64,000 nucleotides of DNA from the human T2T-CHM13v2.0 reference genome, Homo sapiens. The position numbers and the translations under genes are program-made. Location of the stretch: the NCBI RefSeq assembly GCF_009914755.1, contig NC_060929.1; one strand, written 5' to 3'. Positions 15,791-29,105 of the stretch are shown in pieces (positions within the stretch are counted from its first letter, which is position 1; each line of letters opens with the position of its first letter). A model generated the notes under the pieces. That model was not told where the DNA came from, ran no database searches, and was given only the letters and a program-made list of their open reading frames with translations.

Positions 15791-18700
15791 TGACATGTCT
15801 GGGAGAAGCCAACTGTACATACCCATGTCCCCGCTACCCTTTCTGTCTGCCCGTTACACTTTCTCTAATTTCAGGCTCTGCCAGAACCCCTGTTGCACTC
15901 CCAAGTGACAAGTTTTTATTTGCATATCCTCTGTACTATCAGATGGGATGCAACATGCCCCAACCCCCTCCCCGCCACCGACACCTTGAACCAGGCTACC
16001 CTTCCCTTAACAGGGTCACTCAGGTGTTCACTTGGATCCTTCACAGTTAGTGAAGGCTCTGTGCACCCCAGAAGACACAAGGAGAGAGCCCAGGCAATTC
16101 TTTCTGATGACTCAGACTCAAGAAAAACTCCAGATAGCAGTACAGTCATTTATAGACCACTTCCAAGATATGAAATCAGTGCTTTTACATGTGTCATTTT
16201 ATTTAATTCTCATAGTAACTCAGTGAGCATAGGTGGGACTCAAAATCCATGTCTATTTAGTGATGTTGCAATGCAAAACACCAATCTTTCCTACAGCCCT
16301 TTACAAATAACAGCAAAAAAAAAAAAAAAAAAAAATCTCACCCTCAGTTTATGGAACAAGAGGGGTTATTAGCTCAAATGGACTTATTATGTCAATTCAC
16401 CCCAGAGGCCCCAGGGTTTCAACTCTAGGTAGAACAGGTTCCACATGGCTTTATTCCTTCAACGTCTCTTTCCAAATGAGAGCAGTCTCCATACTCCACC
16501 CTCTAGTGCATGTCTGGGGAGCTGAAAGCAGAGGGTCTCCATAAGGACCCCTCCTCTGTAAAATATCATTCCTTTTGTTCTCCTGAGAGCCCTGCCTGGT
16601 TAGCTGATCTTTCAGACATAATGAAAGATAGCTCTTTTTGGTTTATTTTCCCCAGATAGTTGCGGGAATGTTTTTCTGGGCTGGTGTTCAGTGGGTTTGT
16701 GTTTTTTGTTGATGTAATGGTGTTTTGCTATAGTGGTATTAGCATATTTTAAAAAGTTTTCTAAGCCATTGCCTATGCACCCAGGGGTGACTATTAAAAT
16801 GATGGGGACATTTTCATAAATCCCAAACATAGATAAATATATAAAAGCAGTTAGTAAAGTGGGAAAAACTAACACAGCTAAAGAAACAAATTAGAAGGGT
16901 TTTTTAGAATCTAAAATGAGTTTCATGCCTAAAAAGAATTCCATAGAATAAAAATTTTATACATTTTAAAGGAAAAAACAATTCTATACGAATAATATGA
17001 TAAATAAGAAATTCTGACTCTGATTTTATATTTCATCTAGATACTCAGGAGAAAGAAATATAGAGAGGAAAAAATTAAGCACATACAAATTGAAAATAAC
17101 TATAATGTTATATCATATTTATGTATAAGAATTATTTTGTTGGAATCAAAACATGCATAACAATTTATTTTTAACTTGCCTTTAAAAAATACAGTGGCTC
17201 CTTTTGCTTTTTCTAATTTAATATCCCTGATCTTTACCATATCTGAAGCCCTCCCCAACGTAAGAGGTCAAGGCTAGAACTTGCTAATAACCATCAGAAG
17301 CTGGAAATTCTGGATCAAACATTTTCTCAAACAGAAAGAAGTATTTGCTTCCAAACTCCAACCAGGTAACAATGGTCTAAAAAATGACTAGAAATGCAGC
17401 CGGTGTTTCACTGTGGTTATTCTTTCTAATCACATACAACATTTCAAGTACTTTCCTTAAATCACTCCCAGGCAGTGAAGTCCTTTATATTCATCCTGTG
17501 ATGGCGGCAGCCTTGTTGGGCAGTGTTTGTCCTAAAACAGCTGTTGAGATCCTAGCAGGGGATCCCAGCAGGGGAAAAAAGTCACATGATTCTTTAGCTC
17601 ATAAACCAGCTAGTTTATTTTCTCGAGGATACATTAGGTAATCATGCTGATGCAAATAGCAAAGCTAGTAGCCCGGGGTTAGTAGCCAGAAATGGAGCTC
17701 TCTCACCTCACCTCTCTCATCTCACCTCATCTCTACTGCTGGTAGAGAATGATCCAGACGATATATTCAGCACACACACAGACCATGGGTTCCAGCTCTG
17801 CCCCTCAGTTATTTTCTGCTATCTACCAACAGAGCAGAGAGGGCGGGAAGAAAGCACAAAACTGAGCCTGGCCCCATCTGGCTGCTGGCTTCCCAGCTCC
17901 TCATCTGGTTTTCTCTCCCACGTGGCCTGAAGACCACTTGCTTGGGTGACCCAGAAAATATTCCTGTGACCTGTGCCTTTCCCCATGCTCTAACCATACC
18001 GCCAACAAGCCAGCGGCCTCCTCACTGCATCCTCTCAGCAATACTATATGGGCCCTTCCTACTATTCTAAGTCTTCTCAGTCTTTTCTCCCCAAGTGAAT
18101 TAGAGGCTCCTAAAGAGCAGGAAATCCATATGCCTTTCATTATTGCTAGTACAGTACCAAGCAAACAGCAGTCTCTCAAAAGCAAATTGTATGAGGAGTC
18201 TCATTGGTGTGAGTTGTGATCAGTTGTACAAGATGGGTAAAAGGACAAAAGAAAACAAACAGCAGCAATGACAATTGGCAAGGCAAAGTCAGCCCCTGCT
18301 AAGAAACCCTGTTTGACTAAAACCTTGTTTTTATGATTGGCCCAGATATGGAGGCCTCGTACTCTGAAATAATCCTGTTGTCTTTCCTCAAGCTTTGGGT
18401 CTATGCTGACAATGAATAAAAGAGGAGAATCTTAACCTTAAAATCATTACTTTCTGGGGCAAACCTTCTAGCTCATCCCCACTAATGGATTGAAATGAGT
18501 GTCTGGAGCCAGGGACCTTTCAAATCCTCTGGGGATTTGGTTTCAGGAGGCAACACTGAAAATGCCACAAATTAAAATGCTCAGAGACCTGAGAAACGAG
18601 ACTGCCTCTTACATATCAGGTCTATATCCAAGTAGTTATGTACACCTAAGTTCTTATTTCTTTGTGGGGAAGCAGGGGAAAGTCATGAGTTAATGAATTA

Positions 18701-19449
18701 TTTTGCTTTCTGGATTTTGAGATGTGGGGTAAGTTGAAGTTTTCACTTTTTTCCCCTGAATAGTTTGATTTTTCAAATTACTCACCGTCAGTATCTATTT
18801 AAGTCAAATGAAGTTGGGGACTGAGGGTGGTAGAGAATTCAGGGCTGGCCAGCATGAAGGGGTGTGAGGAGCCCATTTCCCTCTGCCTTTGGAAAGATGG
18901 ACGCCTTATCTGTGCAGACACAGGTTCTGGTTACATCACTGTTTTCCTGCACAATCCCAGGAGCAGGCCTCCTCCCTAATGGAGTTAGCAAAGGTCACTT
19001 TTCTCACTGCTGAAACTAAAATATGGTTCTTCCTCTGTAGAGAAGTTCTTTACTGATTTTATGGCCTTCCGCTGAATTTTTTTTTTTTTTTTTTTTTTTT
19101 TTTGCTATTTTCAGTATAAAGGTATAAACAATTGAAGATTGCTCCCTTTGCATCTTCGTCAAGACAACCTCCATCACCTTTTCTACTGTGTGGTAAATAA
19201 TTCTGGTTTTCTCCTCCACCAACTTTTCCTCCTCTTAAAAGAGACAGAAAGACCAAGCGAAGCATGGGAGGCAGAGAAAGTGGCTCATTCCTGCTAGGAC
19301 ACGGGGACAATGAACCTGCATTAAGGCAATAGTCAACGATTTCATTTTCACCTTCTTTCAGCCTCCCTAATCTTTGGGCCAAAGAAGCCCCCAACCTCAG
19401 ATGCACACTCCCACACTTCACCCCAACCCACCTCGGGGCAGGGTCTGCA

Positions 19450-22060
19450 CCCCCACCCGCTAGACCGGGAGAAGTCAGGCTGTGAGAGGCGAGCCTGCCA
19501 CCAGCCCGAGGCTTTTCACCGCCAGCGTGGATGAGGTAACACCCGCAAAATCAGCATTTGCACACTTGCCAGGGGCTGATTACAGGCCTCTCAGCCAGGG
19601 CAGCCTACGCAATTTCGGAGCAATTTCTCCGATTACACAGCTGGTGGACCGCCCTGGGCGCTCGCTGCCTCCCGCGCAGCCACCTTACAGTCCTGGGCTC
19701 CCCATTCTCGGTGGGCCTTGCCCAGCGCCCACAAACGCTGAGAGACAAAAAGACACCAACACCCACCAGGACTGCGTCCTGCCAGCTCTTCACTCCGCTG
19801 ACCTGACCTTCCACGCCCCTAGTCCTCGAGCGGACTTGACCTGTGGGGGAGTACCGAACCGTCCCCATGAGGCCCTCCAAGCGGCCAGGTGGCCTCCGCC
19901 ACTCTCTCCACCCCCACCTCCTCCACCCCCCAGCCCATCGGTCCATCTTCGATCTGCAAAACACGCCGGGTCAGCGACGCATCGGTCCCAGGCTTGTGAC
20001 CACCTCTTTCTCTGTTACTTGGGGAGCCAGGCCCACCGCTCAGGATCACAGTGAGGAGAAAAAAGACACAAACGCCAGGACAGGGCGGCTGGGGAAGGAA
20101 ACTGCTAGGGACCGCTCATTGTCAGCCTGGCGTGTCCCACGGATCGCAGGACCCGTCGAGGCTTTGCTCTCTGCGACCCGAATACTCCTGGGCCTCTCGA
20201 CCTCCTCCTCGGACTCAGGCGTCCGCGTCTCCGGTCATCACGGGAGACCAATTGGTTTACAAATAGTGATGATAAACCTGGGACCGACCTTGGGGCTGTG
20301 TAAAAGTCTACTGACAGATGTAATGGAGGGTTGTTAGCAGTCACAAAGCCTGTCGGACCCGTAGCATTAGTTCAAGAGACTATTTTCGTGTCGCACCAAA
20401 ATTACTGCGCGTGTAAACCAATTTCCCCGACGGAAGAATAAACAGAGATTCGTTTGAAGCGCGAGATGAAAACAGATGGGGTATCGCAAACAGTTCCCCA
20501 AAATACAACAGACTTCTGGGCCAATTACACGTGGTTAGCTCTGAATGGCAGAGGAAATAGTTTTCTTTGCTGCTAAATGTCACAAAAGTCACCTAAAGGC
20601 ACAGAGGAGGCCGCTCTGTTTTTGCGAAACTTGCTAAAATTAATCTGCGCTGGGCCACTTGCAGAAAGCAGAACCACCTCCCGCCCCCACCTCGCCTCCA
20701 GCCGCCGGGGTTCAGGCGTTTGTGAAAGACAGAACCTTTGGGCTAGGGACCCGGGCACTGGTGCTTCGAAGTCCGAATCCGCCGGCCGAGAAAACGACAA
20801 GAGAAAGAAAATCCAGCGGGCGCTCTCTCCAGCGCCAGGCCGGTGTAGGAGGGCGCTGGGGCTCGGCCTGCCACCCCTACCCGACATTGGGAAGCAGCCC
20901 CTGCGCTCCCGCGGCGCCTCAGCCTCCGGTCCCCGCCCCGAGGTGCGCGTTCCTCCTCCCGCATGCCCGTCTCGGGCCCCACGGAGCAAGAAGATAGACG
21001 ATGACGAGGCGCGCCCATCCATCCGGGCCGACGAGGTCAGGCCCGCGCCACAGGCAAAAATTGCGCAAGCCCGGCCGCAGGGATTTCGCGGGCGCCTGGG
21101 TCCCAGGTGCGCGGCCGAAATCCTCAGGGAAAATCCCGAGGGGCCAACGGTCTAGGCCACAGGGCTGCTGGGCCCGGGCCTGGCTCAGAGCGCATTCGGG
21201 CGGGGAGGCCGCACGCCGCACCCGGGCCTCTCCTCCGAGCCCGAGGCAGGCACTGAGCTCCGGGCCAGCCAGGTGCCTCCCGGCTGGTGCGAGACCCCGG
21301 GCCTGCTGGGAGGCGTGGGCAGGGCAGGGCAGGGCTGAACCCCAGCGACTGAATCTCGAAGGCAGGAGGCCTCGGAGGTCATCGGCCCAGCTCGCCTGAA
21401 ACTGTCCCTGCTCGTGCCAGGGCGCGGGCAGAGGAGAAAGGACAGGGCGGAGCAAGCCCACTGCAGAACTGCGGTCGGTGGCTGCGAAGGGTCCGGGTCA
21501 CCGCGCTCCCGGACGCCGGAAGCCGCGCTGGCGGGGCCGCGGGGAGGGAGGCTGGGTACCGGGGCCGTCCGGCCGGAGGAAGCGGCTCCGGCCGCGCTGT
21601 CCGCGCTTGGGAGCCGCGTGCAGGGTTCAGCCGTGTTTCAGTTGCCCTCTGACCTGACCCCGGGCGCACAAAGGCCTCCCGGGTGCGCCGCCATGGCCCA
21701 GTCTTCCAGTCGCTGCCAAATTAATGAGCCCACGTCAGGTTGGGTTTACAGCTCGGCCGGGAAGCAGCCGAGTGGAAAATGAGCTCGGGGCCGCTCCAGA
21801 GGCTCCCGCACAACTGCAGAGGCTGCCCGCGTCCCTGGCCGCCGCAAAGGCCGGGCGCAGCCCAGGAGACCGGGAGTCGCGGCCCGCGCGGTTCCGCCCT
21901 CGGCTTCGACTTTAGCTGCCTCCAGAGGGAACAGGCCTGGTGTAGCGAAACCTGGTATGTGAGAAATGTGTCTGTCCTGCTTTATTAAAACAACACAAAC
22001 CCCACATTTAACATCCAGCAGCAGCGGGCGAGGCGTGCTTGACATGGGTCGTTGGGTTGC
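19450..22060. promoter_or_regulatory. Large orphan CpG island (CGI-1)
   Basis: About 2.5 kb of high GC with dense CpG, GC boxes, no TE and no recognisable coding exon. Confidence 0.93.
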
Positions 22061-22927
22061 GGGCTTGGCGACCCTTCTGTGTCCTTGCAGCGCCCTACTT
22101 TGCCCTGGGCTTCCTGGCTTTGGGGGCTCAAGTTCGTGTTCCTGGGAATCCCTGCTTCTTGACCACAAAGAATCCAGGAGCCTCCCAGTGAGTGTGTACC
22201 AAGGTGGGGACAGAGAATGGTGGTTGGCTCCTTCCAGGGCAAGGGTCTGTCTGGAAGGTCAACACCCAGGAGACATTTTCAATCAGCTGCTGGGTGCCAA
22301 GTTGGAAGCCAAAGATTACTTGAAATAGGATTTGGTGTGTGTTTTGAATAAAAGTCGACCCGCGAGTTTATCACAAAGCTTCCCAGACTGGCTCCTGGGG
22401 CTGACGGCTCTGCTTTCTTACTGCTCTTTAAATGCTGTGGGGAATTCAGTTCAAGAAAAATGACTAAACTTGAAGCTGATAAAGCTTAAGGCATTGATTT
22501 ATATTATTCCTTCCAGATTTTTCAAGTATATTAAAAGAATGTCTTTTCATCTAAAAACACTCAAAAGGTCGGAAGAGCAATGCTCTTGAAAAAGCCCTCT
22601 CCCTGCAGCTTGGTTTGCTGTTGAGAACCAAGAAGGTTAAGTAAGAACTAGAAGACACTGGTGTGACTGTTGAGTCTGAATCATGTGTCACTCCTGCATG
22701 CCCCCCACACTTACTCCAAGGACTGCTGCCTTTCAGACGCGGAGGGCTTGGGTATTGACCCCTGTTCTTCTGGGGATCTAAGCAAGGAGAGCACTGAGTC
22801 ACCTATTATAACCCCTCACATTTGCTCATCAATTTCCCTTGCCTGGACTCCACAGAGGCCCTCCCACTGTCCTGTGGGCACTTCCAACTCTTGCAGACCT
22901 GGCTGCCCTCTCTGAGCCCACATCTTC

Positions 22928-23005
22928 CTCTGAAATCTCGATGTTCTTAGAAGGTGAAGTTGGCTTCTCTGAAATCTCAGTGTTCTTACAGGGTGAAGTT
23001 GGCTT
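22928..23005 (+). repeat. Tandem duplication, 2 x 39 bp
   Basis: ctctgaaatctcgatgttcttagaaggtgaagttggctt / ctctgaaatctcagtgttcttacagggtgaagttggctt, 35/39 identical. Confidence 0.92.
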
Positions 23006-23609
23006 ATGATGCCAAGCAGTCATTACCTTTAAGGTGTTAAGCTATCTCAAGGAGTGCAGGGCAACTAAATTATAATGTAATTATCTTTTTAGATAAATAG
23101 TCCATCTCCTCTAAAATGTAAAACCTCTGGGGACAGTGGCCAATATTAATTGTCTGTGTTGCCTCACACCACAATACCAGATCAAGAAATGTTATCTATG
23201 TTGATTCCACAGCTAATTTGAGTAAACACAGTCCCCGCTAAAATGCTGAAAACTAGAGTGACGTTAGGGGGAGGTACCAGCTCTTCCCTTGCCATTAATT
23301 CCTGCTTCATTTTAAATGTCAATAGATTTTTCTTCTGAAACCAAACTGAGGGAGAGAGAGAGAAAAAGACAAGAGAGGAGGGCCAATGCCAAGGATAAGT
23401 TTTACCTACTGAGTCAGTATTGTACTTGGAGCTCACATTCATCACACTCTGGCTGCATTTTATTAGCTAGATTATATAATACCATATGCCTCAGTTTCTC
23501 ATCTGTAAAGTGAAGATAGGCATTCCTTCCTGTTCTAATATTACAACTTACCTTATTAGTAGGCAGTAAGGTGGGGGAAAGTGCTCTCTTCACTAAAATA
23601 TGAGAAAGT

Positions 23610-24435
23610 GAAGAAAAATCATCAGATATTTTAAGGAAACTCTTTAACAAAAGATGAAGACCAAAATGGAAAAATAAGTAACCAAGAGGAAGTAGAGAAA
23701 ATTTTTAAAAACACACATAAAACAAACAAATCCTGTAAGTAAAATCTTTGAGGAGATGAGAAAAACTATTGATTGTATCCGTGAAATAAGAAAAGGATGC
23801 TCTAAAAAAGAAACATTAAGAGAATAAGGAATAAATTTTGGAAATTAAAAATGTGGTAGAAATAAATTCAGTAAAAGTTGAAGTCCAGATGAAGTTACAG
23901 AAATATTTCAAAAAAAGAATAAAAGGACCAAAAGATGGAAAAAAATAGAAACAAAAAGATAAGGAAACTAGATCAATACAGGAGGCCTAACATTCAAGTT
24001 GAATTTCTGAAAGAAAGTACAGAGATAATAGAGAGGTAAAATTATTTAATAATATGGTACAAGAACATTTCCCAGAATTAATTGGGATGACTTCCCAGAC
24101 TGGAAGGACCAATTGGGTGCCCAATACAAAGAAGGAAAAATTTTTAGACCAAAGCACATAATCATAAAATTTCAGAAACTCATGAATAAATAGAAACTTC
24201 AAAACACTTCTAGAAAGAAAAACAGGTCCTTTACCAAAATCAGGAATCAAAAAGGCATTGGACTTCTCAAAAATAACACCGAAAGTGAAAAGGAAAGAGA
24301 GCAATGTTTACAATTCTAAGGAAAAATCATTTCCAGTCCAGAATTCTATATCCAGCTAAACTACCCACCAAGTGTACAGATAGAATAAAGGCATTTTCAG
24401 AAAGCAAACTTTTCACAGTTGTATCTCTCATGGAC
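23610..24435 (+). mobile_element. HAL1 or old L1M ORF1-like fragment
   Basis: A-rich; translates to L1 ORF1p C-terminal motif ILRKNHFQSRILYPAKL; caagaacatttcccagaatt. Confidence 0.78.
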
Positions 24436-24437
24436 CC

Positions 24438-24930
24438 TGTAATAGAGGCTGGTGGCTCACCCAACAGCCATTCTTGTCATTCTTACATATTAATTTTTTT
24501 CAGGCATCACACAGCAACATGCTTCCAGAAAGCCAAGCCTCTCCCCAGCCTGAAGGAATAGCTTTGATTAATCTAAGCTAAAAACTGATCATTCCTTATC
24601 CCCTGCAAATGATTGGCTTAGAAATGAACATGCAATACAATTAAGATCAATTAAACCTGAGGAATAGTCTTCTAGAGGTATGGAAATATTTTTTTCACGT
24701 TAAAATGCATAAAAGGAAGGGCCTTACTTTTTCAGCCTTTGGATGTAATTGTGTGAGGACATGATGCTCCAAGTTGCTGTATTTATCTTATGACTCCAAG
24801 GGAAGAATCCAAATGCCAAGGATGACAGAGAAGAAAGATGGAAAGAATCTGGGTATTTGATGATGTCACTGAACCACAGCATTAATTATACCTGAAACTG
24901 GGCAACATTCAGGCTTCTTGTTATGTGAGT
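24438..24930 (+). mobile_element. MLT1J/K-like MaLR LTR
   Basis: aaggatgacagagaagaaagatggaaagaatctgggtatttgatgatgtcactgaacc...cttcttgttatgtgag. Confidence 0.75.
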
Positions 24931-25350
24931 GCCAGAATGCAAACTCTCTGCACTTATGGTAATCTTTCAAGCTAAATTGTATAATAAGAACAATAATAAT
25001 TAATGAAAATACCTACCATTGATTGAATACTTAGATACTGTTCTATGATCTTTTGATTAATGGCTATAATAAGCCTGTGAAATAAGTATATTAATCCAGT
25101 TTGCAAACGAGGAAATATAGGCTCAAACAAGTAGGCAAATGAGCCAGATTTATATCCAGTCCTGACTCCAGTGACCTAGTATTTAACTTTGATTCCACAC
25201 TCAGGGCTTGTCAGATAATACTCAGACATATGATAGGCACCTGTGTCCATGGATTTGGGAAAATGTTTGGAAACAAAATATGCTGAGCTCAAACATGCAC
25301 TTAATAACTACTTTTAATTCACTTCATCATTTGTCAGCATAGTTCAATTC

Positions 25351-25847
25351 TGTGATAACCAACTTTCAGGACTGGCCCCAATGATTCTCTTTTCCTATTA
25401 TTTACACTTTTTGTTGTCCACTCCCATACTAAATAGGACTGAACTGTGTAACCAGTAGTATAGTATGGAAATGACAATGTGTAACTTTGAAGGCTAGATC
25501 ATAAAACATATTGTGTCTTCTGCCTTGATTTCTCTTGGATCACTCACTTTGGGAAAAGAGAGTTGTCATGTCATACATACTGAAGAAGCCATATAGAGAG
25601 GCCCATGTGTCAAGAAACTGAAACCTCCTGCCAATATCCATGTGAGTGAGCCATCGTGGAAGTGGATCCTCCAGCCTCAGTCAAACCTTCAGATGACCAC
25701 AACCCCGGCTAACACTTGAGCCATAACCAACCAGCTAAGTCACTACTGAATTCCTGACTCACAGAAACTGTGAGATAATAAACGTTTATTGTTGTAAGCT
25801 GCTCAGTTTGGGGATAAATTGTTACTCAGCAGCATATAACTTAATAT
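25351..25847 (+). mobile_element. MLT1F-like MaLR LTR
   Basis: ggaagtggatcctccagcctcagtcaaaccttcagatgac...cagaaactgtgagataataaacg. Confidence 0.85.
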
Positions 25848-26217
25848 TCTGGGTAATTAAATAAGCCTTCCCTTAATTTTAAAGGTAAGAAGTCACCTTA
25901 GATTTATCACTTGATGTTTTTCAAAGGAAAATATGTGGTCCTCACCACAATCCTGTGGAATTAATAGGGAAAGTGTCTTTTCAGAAAACAGATCGCAAAA
26001 GAAAAAAAGAAAAGAAAACAGATAGATCATCAGACAGACTTACTCAAGCTACCGGAGGGCCAAAATTAACAGAAAAAGCATTCAGGATCTTTTTCATATG
26101 CCTTGCCAGTATCTCTGTTAAGAAGTTGGCTTAGGCAGAAAGACCCTGAGAATCAATACAAAATAAAATAAAAATGAGAAAAATCCTTAAAGCGTCCCTA
26201 ACATAAAAATATTTCCA

Positions 26218-26499
26218 GGCTGGGCAGAGTGGCTCATACCTGTAATCCCAGCACTTTGGGAGGCTGAGGCAGGCACATCACCTGAGGTCAGGAGTTCAAG
26301 ACCAGACTGGCCAACATGGTGAAACCCCGTCTCTACTAAAAATACAAAAATTAGCAAGACTTGGTGATGCGCACCTTTAATCCCAGCTACTTAGGAGGCT
26401 GAGGCATGAGAATTACTTGAACCCAGGAGGTAGAGGCTGCAGTGAGCTGAGATAGTGCCACTGCACTCCAGCCTGGGTGACAGAGCGAGACTCCATCTG

Positions 26500-26525
<26 letters not shown>
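26218..26525 (+). mobile_element. Alu (S family)
   Basis: Full Alu with long poly(A). Confidence 0.95.
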
Positions 26526-26530
<5 letters not shown>

Positions 26531-28775
26531 TTTCCTCAGAGGCAGTCAGCATCCTATCACACTTCTGCTGCTGTCAGGCCTCTGCCCCCTTCTGGTTCTC
26601 ACAGTGCACATGACTTTATGGTCTTGCATCTGATTCAAAGTTGTAGACAGTCATCAATTTTGAGAACATTCATGTATTGTGAACAGTGAAACTGTTAATG
26701 GTTATGGTGTTTATAGCTTGGGTTCAAACAGGAAACTAATAAAGATAAAATCACTGTTTGATAAGGTGCTCAAACCCCAGTCAATGGAAAGCCTGTTGCA
26801 CAACAAGACTCTGACTCCATCATTGGACCCTAGATCCATTCTCAGAAAACACAGTTAGGAGGGAGTTAAAGTGAACAGAGCTGATGTGTTTCTCATAGAA
26901 CTAATAATATCAAGATGATAAGTGCTACTTTTGGACAATAATGATTGAGTGAGTGAGCGAGTGGCTGAGTCTGCTTTTTGTGAGGCATTAGCTCTATAGA
27001 GTTTGTTTTGGTTTCCTGTTTACTTTGAAAGAGCAAGCAAAATCTTTGGGGCCAAAACTGATCTGACAGAAACCTCAGTTGATGACCTTGGCTTGAGTTA
27101 GGGCAAACTCTTGCAAACGAAGCCTTTTCTTTCCTCGAGAGGCAGTAAAGTTGTACTATATATGGCCTTTCACGAGCAGTCATCTGCATCAAGGAACTTG
27201 GCAGAAAGGCAGCCTGAGTTTGTTTCTTAAAAGTAATACACATTAAAGTCTGGAATGGGCTGCAGAGCACATACCCATCTGCAGCCGATGTTGCTACAGG
27301 TGTAGGATGTTGTGGTTTCTAACAACTTACATGTGTTCTCTAAACAATACCTCGAGTGTCTTTTTGTTTCTGGCCTGTGTGGTTTCCTGCATTTCCGGCA
27401 GCTGATCCTATGTAGAAAGGCAGCTGCCTGCAAAGTATTACTGAAAATTATGTATGAAGACACACATGCAGAAAATGGTGTTGGCTCTGAAAGAAGCTCA
27501 CCCTGAGCTTGGAGCAGGATGGAGCCTGGAGTACTTGTTTGAGAAGCTGAAATAAGCACAGTGTTACTGACATCCAGGCCCCAGCAGCTTCCCAGCACCC
27601 CCAGGAATTCCTCTAGCTCCCAAGCCCTTGAACTCTGCAGCAGGCTGAGTTCTATTCCTCAGAATAGAAATTTGGATTAGAAATAAGAGAGTAGTCCGAG
27701 GGCTAAGAGAAGGGAAGGCACTCATTAGGTGAGAGCTCTTGCCAGATTCCACAGTGCAAGCAGGGGATGTTGAGTTTTTTGTGTGAATCATCCAAGTAAT
27801 AAATCAAGCGTTGGCTCTGGAGCCTTAATCTTGGGAGCCAGTGATATCACTGGGACACAGCAAAGTGACAGATGCCCAGAGTGTGGAACTGAAGATTAGT
27901 ATCTTAGAGGGCCAGGTGACGCTTTAAAAAGCAAGCGCATAGATAATCCTGAGCCCTGTCTATATACAGTCAATTCACTAAGACATTCATCAACACCTGC
28001 CAAGCTAAGGGACCTCTCTTACTCCCTCTCCATTTGCCCTACATAAAAGCAATGAAGTGTGTGTATATGAGTAGGCAGTTGCAAGCCCCTTCATGTAAAC
28101 TATTATAACAACTTTAAATTTTTTTCTTTCAAAAACAGTTTTAGGAATGGGAGGCAGATTAAACTGTTTCCCTGCAGGGATGTGTTCATCCAGTTGGCTG
28201 CTGAGAAAAGTGACCTGGCAGAATCCTCGTTCCTGACGCCACAGGCTAGGCACTCCTTAGTGGACTAATGAAGTGTGTGCTTCCCCATTCTGTCCCAGTG
28301 TTGTGAAGGAGACAAGGGAAATGAGAGGTCAAAAAGGGCAGCTGGCAGGGCAATCCCATGGCTGTGCCACCAGGCAGGGGAGGGAGTGAGTTCTCCAAGT
28401 TTCAGGTCCTCCTCTTCTATCCTGGGTTAGGGTCTCTCCTGCCTTTTGTAGCTTCTTAGTTAATTACCCAGCAATCGGCTGCAGGTGAATAGGTGAAGTG
28501 ATGAAGTGAGAGGCTGAAATCCTGCCTAAGACTCTTAGAGTGTGAGCATAGGCCCAAGCACTTAGGACTTCTTAGGCCTTCTGGCCATCATATGGCAGTC
28601 ATGTGAAATAAGGACTCAACCTCTCAGATATTGGAGAGGACTGATAAAGGCATTATTTTCTTTTTAATTTAGCAACTTACAGTAGGCCTTAGACTCTATG
28701 TATGTCAGGAATGTCTGGGAAGGTTTCTCTGTAGAACATTAGTTCTATTTCTTTTCTTTAAAAAATACATTAAAT

Positions 28776-29091
<316 letters not shown>

Positions 29092-29105
29092 TTAAATTGC
29101 TTAGT

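Noticed and set aside
16315-19102. Isolated poly(A) at ~16315-16334 and poly(T) at ~19077-19102 as retrocopy tails
   Set aside because: No adjacent retroelement body, poly(A) signal or TSD recognised; treated as mononucleotide microsatellites
19798-21660. tgacctgacc twice in CGI-1 as nuclear-receptor elements
   Set aside because: Half-sites overlap rather than forming a canonical DR spacing; short enough to occur by chance
19482-22328. Many long overlapping ORFs (up to 192 aa) in CGI-1
   Set aside because: Present in all six frames, Pro/Arg/Gly/Ala-rich, mostly non-ATG starts, no recognisable domain; expected from stop-codon scarcity at high GC
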